The position numbers and the translations under genes were made by a program. From positions 10,788,001 through 10,852,000 of the forward strand of contig NC_043013.1 of assembly GCF_006345805.1 (NCBI RefSeq): DNA of 64,000 bases. Reading direction: 5' to 3'. The DNA comes from Octopus sinensis (Eukaryota). Within the stretch, counting starts at the first letter, position 1, and each line of letters opens with the position of its first letter. Of this stretch, positions 53,207 through 64,000 are shown piece after piece. The notes below the pieces were generated by a model. That model made no database searches. It worked only from the letters and a program-made list of their open reading frames with translations, and was not told where the DNA came from.

Positions 53207-53818
53207 CATTTGAACTATTAATAATTAACAAAATATAAAAATAGATTAAATTAAGGGTTAGGGAAAAAAGACTGAGTTAAACAACACAATACATACGACA
53301 CCAATTTCTACCCTGTCTCTCATTAATTTTTTATTCCTATGAGGGTATAATGTGATTTTGAGGGAGACTGATATATTCTAGCTGTCAAATATCTGATATA
53401 AAGTCTGATATAAATTTTGATTCCGTTTTACGTTTAGGTCTCATCAAATGTTATAGTATAGACCAGCGGTGTTCAAGAAGAGTCCATATAACCCTTGAAT
53501 GTCCATGGAAGTTTTTTTTTTGATAATTAATTCGCGTTAAATTAGATAAACTTCTATAATACACAAAATATATCAGAAAATCTTATACAATAATACGTAA
53601 TTATAAAAATATAATAGTATTTTTTAAAACTACGAACGGCTATGGAAGTCCACGAAACTATTTCTAGCTCTTAATTTGAATACAGGATTCATTCAGTTAA
53701 ATATATATGTAGAGATAGTCTCGTAAGTGAACGATTTTTTCGACTAAACACTTTAAAGCAGCGCTCCAGCCTGGCCGCAGTCCTATGACTGCAACGAGTA
53801 AAAGATAGTAAAAATATT

Positions 53819-54224
53819 CTTTTCTACACTAGGCACAATGCCCGAAATTTTTTTGGGGAAGGGGCCAGTCGATTAGATTGACCCCAGTACACAACTGGTA
53901 CTTAATTTATCGACCACGAAAAGATGAAAGGCAAAGTCGACCTCGACGGAATTTGAACTCTGAACGTAGCGGCAGACATAATACCTATTTCTATTTCTTT
54001 ACTACTCACAAGGGGCTAAACACAGAGAGGACAAACAAGGACAGACAAAGGGATTAAGTCGATTATATCGACCCCAGTGCGTAAATGGTACTTATTTAAT
54101 AGACCCCCGAAAGAATGAAAGGCAAAGTCGACCTCGGCGGAATATGAACTCAGAACGCAGCGGCAGACGAAATACTGCTAAGCATTTCACTCAGCGTGCT
54201 AACGTTTCTGCCCGCTCACCGCCT
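53819..54224 (-). mobile_element. SINE family C dimer with two different tails, enclosed by one 13-bp TSD
   Basis: TSD tagtaaaaatatt at 53806-53818 and 54225-54237. Confidence 0.85.
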
Positions 54225-55734
54225 TAGTAAAAATATTAAAAAGAGAGAGGATCCAAATTTTTATGGAAGGGTGTGAGGTGTTTTTCGACTGTTGATATAG
54301 AGATTCGTTCTCATATTTTGTCCGTTTCGAAAGTTGTAAGATAAATTTAAGAAATAAAAGAAAAAAAAAAGTTTCTGAGAATTCGTTTGACTTAAGAAGA
54401 AACAATTGTCCACTTTCAACTAATAAAAAGTCACTATCAAATTTCGAAACTTGAGACCACAGAAAGAAAAAGTTTTCTTGCCCTTTCATTAATACAGGTA
54501 ACAAACCTAACTACAATTATTTATACAAAGAAAGAAACTGATTTATTTCTGTTTGGCACGATTAGCTAAACGCTAGACTATCCTATCCCCCTCCCGTACC
54601 CTCCTCCTCCTCCTACTACTATATGGAGTCGGTGAAACTAGCAAACGTTTACTTATGCACATGCAATGTGGCACACACACACACACAGACACATACACAT
54701 ACGCTCTCTCTCTCTCACACACACACACGCACACATGCCCTTTTGCATAGACACGCACAAGCTAAAACAGTTAATTAAAAGTAAGTAGCATACCTATATG
54801 ATTGCGTATGTGCGTGTGTGTGTGTTTTTTTTTTGCTAAATACGCGCTCCTGCGCACGCGTGTTTGAACTTGCATATGAGAAAATCTCCAGTAAGTAGAA
54901 ATAATACATTTGAGACATGACACCATGGGCTAGTTTTTCAGCCATACGCTATATATGTATATATACATATATATATATATTATTATATATACATATATAT
55001 TATATACATATGTATACATATATTATATACATATGTATGTATGTATGTATACATATATATATATTATATATACATACATATATTATATATATATATAAAC
55101 ATATATACATATATATATATATTATATATATATATAAATATATATATTATATACATTTGTATGTGTGCATGTACACCTGTCAGTGTAGGTGAACAAGCTT
55201 GTATCTATGTGTATGTGTTGCTGTGCTTGTGTGCGTGTTGTGTGTCTAATCGTGAGAGTCTCTCTTGATAGGCTGTGTGTAATGAACTGGACACGAAACA
55301 GATAAGTAACTAACTCAAAACACGCCAACTCGACAACCTTTGCTCCTTCATTTTCTCATTTAATGAGGCAAAAAATATTCATTAACTCAAAGAAAGCAAC
55401 AACAACAAGATCATCGGGCAAAACAAAAAAAATAACACAAGAAGTGTAAAAGAAAAATAGATATTTAACCTGCTAATTATGTCCTACCGGCAAAATAACT
55501 ACGTATGTAATGATCATTTTGACCAGAGAGTGGTAGGTTTATTGTCCAATGAATGGAATCAGTGTTTGTTGAAAAAAAAAAGACGCTTTTATTCAAACCC
55601 TTTCTTTGTAAAATCATCCAGAAATATAATCCGGCAAAGATACCAGTATATGATATCACTATCTTCTAGAAATGGTAACTAAGTTTCACTGAAGTCACAG
55701 TCTGCCGTCAAAGATAATAATGAATGGATGTATT

Positions 55735-55942
55735 TGATTCAGGCCACTCCGCTGGCAAAAAGGAGTTGTACCTTTAATTCAAAAGAGACAGCCTTGTAAC
55801 ATTCTGTGTCACGCTGATAAGTATTGTAAGGGTCAACATGTGTCCATGAAATGCTCATCCACTTGGATGTTAACTTCACGAACAGGCTGTTCCATTGATC
55901 GTATCAACAGTGACACTCGACATCAGAACTGACGGAGAGCCA
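55735..55942 (+). mobile_element. Old family A SINE 3' half
   Basis: ctgtgtcacgctg..caggctgttccattgatcgtatcaac..gacggagagcca. Confidence 0.6.
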
Positions 55943-56082
55943 GGCTATTATATAATGTGTTAAATAATGTATTCCCGAGATCCAGGAAAAATAAGGATAG
56001 AGACTATATTGATCCAATAGGTCTATTAAGCTAGAGCCTTTCCTGACTTCTGAGGCGCTTAGACACAAGCCGTTTCTGTGTG

Positions 56083-56715
56083 GTTAAGCAGTTCACTACG
56101 CAACCATGTGTTTTCAGGATCCAGTCCGATTCTGTAACTATTTAATCAGGTCTGTTCTATAGTAACTCTGGTCCGTGAGAGTGTATTTGGTAAATAAAAA
56201 CTTAAAGAAGCCCGTCGTAAATGTGTGAGTGTGTGTGTGTATGTGTTTGTTATTTCTTTATTGCCCACAAAGGGGCTAAACATAGAGGGGACAAACAAGG
56301 ACGGACAAACGGATTAAGTCGATTACATCGACCCCAGTGCGTAACTGGTACTTATTTAATCGAACCCGAAAGGATGAAAGGTAAAGTCAACCTCGGCGGA
56401 ATTTGATCTCAGAACGTAACGGCAGACGAAATACCGCTAAGTATTTCACCCGGCGTGCTAAAGTTTCTGCCAGCTCGCCGCCTTAGTGTGTGTGTGTGTA
56501 TTTGTGTGTCTCTGTCTCTGCGCTTATCCCTCATCACTGATTGGCAAACAATTCTAGTTCGTTTAGGTATTCATTAAAAATGTCCGTTAGAATTACTATC
56601 ATGCTTAAAATGTAAGTACTCGGCTCAATTCATTCAACTAAATCATTCAAAGTGGTGCCCCAGCACAGCCGCATCCGAGTGACAGACACAAGTAAATAAT
56701 GAAAGATAAAAGATA
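56083..56715 (+). mobile_element. Old SINE family B split by a nested family C SINE
   Basis: Head and body at 56083-56250; remainder at 56485-56715. Confidence 0.7.
56251..56484 (-). mobile_element. SINE family C monomer nested in a (GT)n tract
   Basis: Complete head (aaggcggcgagctggcaga) to tail (ggcaataaagaaata). Confidence 0.9.
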
Positions 56716-56792
56716 TAAGTCTCTATAGATCTTACGGGGCGTAGTTGTTCACAGCCTTTTTTCCAGTTTCTCAGATGTTTATATATACAGAT

Positions 56793-56847
<55 letters not shown>

Positions 56848-57049
56848 TTGAGGGATAGTTAGATAGAAATAGTTAATCTAGAGGGTATTTAAATGAGTGT
56901 TACTAATAGTTTCATGAAATAGATACACGATAGTCTACCATATTATCGTGTCTCCATGGCATGAAACTATCATGAGCTTTTATTTAAACATTGTACATTA
57001 GGTGATATCTATATATATATATATATTATATATATACTATGTATGTAAT

Positions 57050-57088
<39 letters not shown>

Positions 57089-57199
57089 GGCAATCATATG
57101 AATATGCAGGCGCGCTCACACACATGCGTCAATATTATTAACATATTATGAAGCTGCAGAAATATATTGAACCGAAAGAAAGGAAAAAGGAATAAAACT

Positions 57200-57400
57200 G
57201 ACATCGTCCCTGCCTCTCCCGAAGGCATTTTGCTGTTCGTCCAGTGGTTGGTCCACGAAGACCAGCCCTGAGCTCACCACAGCTGTTGCACTTAAATGTC
57301 GGAACAGCAGGAGGTAGCGTTTATGAATTGTACTTCTTCCATCTTGTTCTGCCTTCTTATATATTAACTCTGCCGTTGTCCACGATGATGGATGAGTTAT
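57200..57400 (-). mobile_element. RTE-like LINE C-terminal remnant
   Basis: PPAVPTFKCNSCGE..RAGL resembles the terminal C2H2 finger of RTE ORFs. Confidence 0.4.
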
Positions 57401-58044
57401 GGTGAACTGAAAGACTAGTCGTATGCGTGCGCATGCATTTTGTTTTTGTCATGGTGCGTATGTGCCCGTGAGCGGTGTTGGCCATGGCGGGGCGTATCTA
57501 CGAGTCACTCTACAACCAATATTGAACATTAACAATGATCGATCGATGCCTTGACAAATTTCTAAGAACCACTTGGGAAGTGCCAGGTTTTCAGCGGACA
57601 GCTCACCATTCGCCATATTTTATATAACATTCGCCATATTTTCGACGGTATTTAGCCACCATAGCGTTAAAATATGTTCCGATATTAATTAGTAAATACA
57701 CATTCGATAGAGTGTTTCTATTCTACGCACACTAATTATTCAGCCACAACTTTGCACGCTCAAAAACACACACATATATGTATGTATATATATGTGTGTG
57801 CATGTGCATACATACACACACACAAACATATATATATATTATATATATACGTATATATGATGGACTTTCCCGTCGAAGACATCGTACGAGTGTTTAGCTT
57901 TTGTTGGCCCCAATAAAGATTTAATGCTGAAACCATCTCCTGTTAATTAATAATATATACATATGTGCGTGTGTGTGTGGCACACACACACACACATATA
58001 TATATATATAAATAAATATATAGATATATGTATGAATGTATTTA

Positions 58045-58230
58045 TGTGTATTTGTCCCTCCATCTGGTGGTGGATTGGTTACATCCTTATCGTCTAGCGG
58101 TTCCGCAAAAGTCTCCGATGGAATAATAACTAGGCTTGAAAAGTAATAGCTGGGGTCATCTGCTCGACTAATCACGGCGAGGCGGTGCTACAACTTGGTC
58201 GCAGTCCAATGAATGAAACAAATATAAGAT
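58045..58230 (+). mobile_element. Decayed SINE family B 3' half
   Basis: ctagcggttccgcaaaag..tggggtcatctgctcgact..gcagtccaatgaatgaaaca. Confidence 0.65.
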
Positions 58231-58493
58231 CAAACACACACACAAACACACACACACACACACACATCCCTATGTATTATGTAAGAAAGCCTGCTGAAAA
58301 GTCTCTGGATTTGTGTAAAAGAAAATACAGGAATATCAATTTTATTCAACATAATTGCCTCTCAGATTCATACACTTGTTGCAGCGGTCGTTTAGTATTT
58401 CTAAGCCCTGTAAAAGGCTCGGAGCGCTGGGCCTCGAACCAGGCCCTTCGCAATATTCTAAAGACCTGAAAGTATTCGGCAGGCCCTTGTATA

Positions 58494-58882
58494 TTATTTT
58501 ACTTGTTCCAGTCGATTGGCTGCAGCCATGCTGAAGCACTGCCTCTAGTCGAAGAAATCTAACCTAGGACTTATTCTTCTGAGCTTAGTACATAATCTGT
58601 TCGTCGCTTTTGCCAAACCGCTGGATTACGGGGATGTAAACACACTAACATCGGTTGTCAGGCGATGATGGTGGGGATGGACAAAACACACACCACACAC
58701 ACACAAAATATATGTATATATACATATACGACAGGCTTCTTTCAGTTTCCGTTTACCAAATCCACTCAGAAGGCTCGAAGCTATAGTAAAAGACAGTCAC
58801 CCGAGGTACCACACAGTGGGACTGAACGTGGAACTATGTGGTTGGGAAGCAAGCTGCTTACCTCAAAGCCACACCTGCGCCT
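58494..58882 (-). mobile_element. SINE family B, diverged full length
   Basis: Similarity to 861-1267. Confidence 0.8.
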
Positions 58883-59395
58883 ATATACATATTCTGTATA
58901 TAATATATAGCGCGGAAGTAGTAGAATCTGTAATGTTTTGACTTTAATATTTTATGTTGATGTACAATGCAAAGACACACACACTCCCTCTCTCACTCTC
59001 TCTCTCACTCACACACACACACACACCATATATACTCACTCCTACAACACTTAGGCATACGCACACATACACACACACATACACAGACACTAGCATCATT
59101 TAAGCAACAGATAATGTCTTTCATACCCTCAAGAATTATTTGAAACGCACTATAGATGCCTGGCGTCACCTGGTAAGTAAAAGAAATGTTGACTTTGCAT
59201 CTATGAAACATTGAGTACTACCCTGATTTATTGGATACTTCTTCAATATACGAAATATTTAACAAATATATGTAACTACATGTTATGTATGTACATTTGT
59301 AGGTATGATTATATTCGAACACACACGCGCACACACACATACATGCATTTCTTTTTGCCTGTCCGTCTGTCTGTCTCTGTCTATCCCTCCCCCTT

Positions 59396-59444
<49 letters not shown>

Positions 59445-59876
59445 ATATATACACATGTTTCGTAATAAAACAAGGTATATTTTCAGATGATTTACCGATC
59501 CGATCGCACTTGTCATCTAACTTTCATATACTTTGGAGCAAAGCACTAACTCACCTCACTCACATACACTTTCTCTCTCTCTCTCTCTCTGTCTATCTCT
59601 CTCTCAGCACCTCACTCCCACACTCAAACATACTATAAGCATGTGTGAGCGTATGTGTGCGTGTACGCGCGCCCGTCTGCTAATGTTCAGAAAATCTATT
59701 GACTATGAAATAAATGCGCATAAGGAGCACGCACGTAACTCTCCAGAGTACAATTTTGTAATACATACACATACACGCGTGTACGCACACATACACACGC
59801 ACAAACACACACAAACACACACACACCATACACACACACAAATGTATATTATATATATATATATATATATTATATA

Positions 59877-59907
<31 letters not shown>

Positions 59908-60077
59908 GTGTGTATGGTGTGTGTATGTGTGTGTGTGTGTATAAAGCTGTATAATATTTTAAGATACAACAAACGTTATAACTATATATATATATATATA
60001 AATATATGAAAAAACAAGTCAAGATAGAAAATGCTAAAATAATTTAATAAAGAACATTACATATATAATATGTAAGC

Positions 60078-60124
<47 letters not shown>

Positions 60125-60190
60125 AGAGGAGAGAGTGAGAGAGAGATCCATATACATATATATCTATATCTATATCTATCTATCTTTCTA

Positions 60191-60225
<35 letters not shown>

Positions 60226-61285
60226 ATATACATAAAGAGAGAGAGTTATACATTTATTAAACGATTATGTGCGCATATGTGTGTATTAGTTTGTGTGTTT
60301 AAGCCACATTTGTGTATGTGTAAGATGTGTAGAAAATATTTAAGAGATATGCCTCAAAGGAAATCATTACTAGCAATTCCTTTCATTAGCAATACAAATT
60401 TCTTGCAATTAACATTCACATTCAAATACAGACATTCAGACATACTCACAAACTCACACTCACGCGCTCTTACACTTGCTCATCTCTCTCTCTTTCTCCA
60501 TCTGTCTTATTCTCTGTCTATCTCTTCCTCTTTTCCTCTCCCACCTCTCTTTCTCTGAAACATATGTTACATATATTCCGTAGTATTTGTTCACACTACA
60601 GCTCTCTCAAAGCACCTGTGGAAATCGAGGTATATTTTCAACGATCAAAAGCATGTGATGGGCAGTATTCGATATTGAACAATCCTTTCATAATGGCCAA
60701 AGCAATGTTACTCCTGTCCTCAAAAAAATACTGCACTTTTAATCAGCACCCCAGTTCAGTACCATCCCTTGTCCCTTGAGTTCCTTTTATGCAGTCAGCT
60801 CAACTGAAGTATTCGGCGCAGATCTCCAGGCTGATGATATTGTCCCTCTTCTCGACTCAAATGTCTTGAAGACCTTGAAAAGGATTTTGGTGCTGCCGCT
60901 CATCCTCTGACCAATTGGCGGGAATTGCAATTTGCCGATCGCAAACGCCAAGTTAATTTAGTCTTACTGAGAAATGCTCCCCCACCCCACCCCAAATTAC
61001 TTCGGAAGTGTACACGGAACACTTATTTGTCGTATAATGCACGTTAGCCGACAATCCATAATAATAATGTCGAAATCATGTAGAGTGGTTGTTTAACATT
61101 CGAACAAGAGAATCTTTACAATCAACGGAAGAAACATATGAAACGAAACCTTGATACTAAATTTATGTTATCTGTTTAAGTGCTGTCAATTTCTATATAT
61201 GAGATTACACACACTTCATTCAGCATTAAGTCAGTTTGAGTAATCTTGCTGCACCGAAGGCACACAAACAATATCTACATACACA

Positions 61286-61310
<25 letters not shown>

Positions 61311-61319
<9 letters not shown>

Positions 61320-61562
61320 AATAGTAAATATTGAAAAAACTACAGAAGGCTTGTTTTAAAAGGTTAAAAATATATATTTGAGTCATTATGTCAGAAGAAT
61401 GTTATAAATTTTTTTCATACAATGACATAGTTTTTGAAGAAATGACCGGTTTTGCGTTCAGCTTTTCAAATTATACAATGACATAATGACTCAAATATAT
61501 ATTTTTTAACCTTTTAAAACAAGCCTTCTGTAGTTTTTTCACTTTTTACTATTTTCTATATA
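61311..61562. mobile_element. Foldback with ~83-bp near-perfect inverted arms (61311-61393 / 61479-61562)
   Basis: The arms differ by a few bases. The loop contains a decayed hammerhead-like motif on the minus strand (61472-61441). Confidence 0.75.
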
Positions 61563-61604
61563 TTCAACCACGTGCTTTCACACACCAACTTACTCATCTA
61601 TATA

Positions 61605-61647
<43 letters not shown>

Positions 61648-61767
61648 CATTGTATGTATATAAATTTTAATGAGAGTAAGAATTAGATATTAATTTAATT
61701 TAATTAACATCGATTAACAGTGGTCTAGCATATAAAAAAACTGAAGGTTCAGTAAAATTGTATTATG

Positions 61768-61992
61768 TACATATTAGAAGGAAACCACTATGTAGACACC
61801 CTTATAGTAGAAATAGATCCGCTATGATCTTACCACTAAGAAATGTTCTCAAGAACATTTTGCGTAACAATCAAAACGTAATCGAGCAAGACAAAAGAAA
61901 AATGTTCTTGAGAACAATTCTTAATGGTAAGACCATAGCGGATCTATTTCTAGCATAAGGGTGTCCATATAGTGGTTTCCCTCTAATATGTA
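61768..61992. mobile_element. MITE with ~94-bp TIRs (61768-61861 / 61899-61992), TA flanks
   Basis: The arms are reverse complements with about 8 mismatches; 37-bp spacer; termini TA|CATATTAG...CTAATATG|TA. Confidence 0.8.
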
Positions 61993-62932
61993 TATATATA
62001 TGTGTGTGTTTGTGTGTGTGTGTATACACATATATGTATGTATTTATTTAAATATGTGAATATAAATACATATTATCGATCTCACATACTTAATATATGT
62101 TTTGCAGTGGTTAACCGTTCGCGGTGGTTAAGCGCCTCGAGGGACGACTCCCTTAGTATGCTGGCTGTTAAAACACATGAAACGTATAGACAAGCGAGAC
62201 AACACGTCTCCAATCGCATTCAAGAGTGATGGATTCGATAGTTTGCCATTTTTGTGGCTTATCAACATCACGTACTCGAATCGATCCAAGGACCAATCGA
62301 ATCGCCAGTCCATGACCGTATATAAAAGGTGTACTGTTACAATTATAAATAAGAACAATTATGCATATTTCTTAAGAGCCTAATTTGGCACGTGTCATTA
62401 CAATGACACATCATGAATCAATAATCTTGTATATTGTTGCATAATGTAACAATATTTATGGTATCAAATGCAAATGAAGTAATTTTGAATTGTATATATA
62501 TTTGATAGAATATAATATATGCATATATATGTGTGTGTATATGCATATTAGATTAACTGTGAAAATAATCGAGTACATGATAACTTCTGTTGTGATTTCG
62601 GTAGTTGCTCTACTTGCCTTCGTAGACGTGAGCAAACATAGCCGATCCACTCTCGAATCACTGCAACTTCGATAGCTTCAAGGAGATGTTCTACGTCAAC
62701 TGAAGTGCTCGGTCAGAGGCACATTGCATTATTACCCTGTCCAAGTATTGAAAACTCAAACTTATGATTTTAAGTCTAACACCCTAACCAATCACCCGCA
62801 TTCTTTAGCATATATCCATTGGGTATATTATAAATTTATTTTTATAAATACAATAGATTAGCGGGTTTGATATAATATAGAAGTTAAAACATAAATGTGA
62901 GATTCGTAAAGCGAATTACCTCTATTAATATA

Positions 62933-63362
62933 TCTTTTACTCTTTTACTTGTTTCAGTCATTTGACTGCGGTCATGCTGGAGCACCACCTTTAGTTGAAT
63001 AAAATCGACACCAGGACTGATTCTTTGTAAGCCTAGTACTTATTCTATCGGTCTCTTTTTGCTGAACCGCTAAGTGACGGGGATATAGACACACCAGCAT
63101 CAGTTGTCAAGCGATGTTGGGGGGAAAACACAGACACACAAATAAACACACACAGACACATACACACACACACACACATACATACATATATATATATACA
63201 TATACGTCGGGCTTCCTTCAGTTTCCGTCTACCAAATCCATTCACAAGGCTTTGGTCGGCCCAAGGCTATAGCAGAAGACACTTGCCCAAGGTGCCACGC
63301 AGTAGGACTGAACCCGGAACCATGTGGTTGGGAAGCAAGCTTCTTACCACAAAGCCACTCTT
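62933..63362 (-). mobile_element. SINE family B, full length
   Basis: High similarity to 861-1267. Confidence 0.9.
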
Positions 63363-63720
63363 TCACCTATGTGTAAAATATGATCATAGGCGGCAACAAA
63401 ATCAACAGGTGCAAAACAAATATACGTATTCGGTCAACAATATTTTTCTCTTAGATCCTAAGGAGTAGGTTGGGATTTAAACCTGAAACACAATCTTACG
63501 CAACTGAATGTCTAACAATACTTCCGTTTTAAAATATTCTCCATAAAAAAATAATGTCTCTGGAAATTCAACCTGTCTTTTGAAATACCATGGAGGATAC
63601 CAGAAAAATGTTCTTTTACGAGGCACATTTACGTTTATGTGTAGTAAGAAAATTTTCACTCTCTCTTTCCTTCACCCTCTGTGTATATGCGGATGTGTGT
63701 TTGTGCGGTTTCTGCTCCCC

Positions 63721-63751
<31 letters not shown>

Positions 63752-63975
63752 TGTATGTATGTATCTATCTATCTATCTATCTCTCTGGCTGTCTGTTTAT
63801 CTATCTACTAAGCTATTTACCAATCTCTCTTTCTCTCTCTCTCTCGCTCTCTCTCTCTCCACATACATATATATACACAAGAGTAAGCATATAAGTGCGA
63901 ACCAAGGTAGAAAAAATAGTATTCGAATACCAGAGGTAGAGTAATATGCTTTATTTAAAAGTAGTAAAATATTAC

Positions 63976-64000
63976 AAAATCTATTACTCAGAGTTTCACG
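63976..64000 (-). ncRNA. 3' half of a family alpha hammerhead (5' half beyond the window)
   Basis: Minus strand reads CGT-GAA-ACTC T GAGT-A-ATAGATTTT. Confidence 0.55.

Noticed and set aside
53207-53209. ATG start of the 101-aa Lox2 ORF
   Set aside because: It lies in the polypyrimidine tract upstream of a good acceptor. Hox proteins need an upstream hexapeptide exon.
53309-53316. TACCCTGT, matching the miR-10 5' end / seed site
   Set aside because: The match stops after 8 nt, forms no hairpin, and lies in the intron rather than the 3' UTR. No miR-10, miR-993 or iab-4 sequence was recognised anywhere by eye.
55355-55367. Palindrome CTCATT-T-AATGAG (homeodomain-like site)
   Set aside because: Palindromes with 6-bp arms are expected many times by chance in 64 kb.

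Overview
AT-rich, microsatellite-saturated eukaryotic genomic DNA. The repeat families and the Hox gene point to a mollusc, most likely an octopus (inference from recognised motifs; no database search was run). The only host gene evidence is the homeobox-containing last coding exon of Lox2 (minus strand, 53181-52904). Its hexapeptide exon lies beyond 64000, so 53.2-64 kb is intron and 0-52.9 kb is 3' UTR plus Hox intergenic DNA. The rest is repeats: a young, 5'-truncated Tx1/L1-clade LINE inside a (TATC)n array; five R4/Dong-like remnants tied to (TAA)n; Penelope-like (PLE) remnants; an internally deleted mariner; a complete non-autonomous Helitron; MITE/foldbacks; a Gypsy integrase scrap; a 26-bp minisatellite with a polarity switch; and about 30 tRNA-derived SINE copies of three kinds. 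Nearly all ORFs in the supplied track are microsatellite artefacts. The most interesting unexplained signal is about ten short, mostly (TA)n-associated elements that fold into minimal type I hammerhead ribozymes. They fall into three groups: canonical core, U3-A8 core, and an extra-A core variant with covarying stems. Most of the larger retroelements appear to use a particular microsatellite as a landing pad. All folds were derived by hand and none has been tested for activity.
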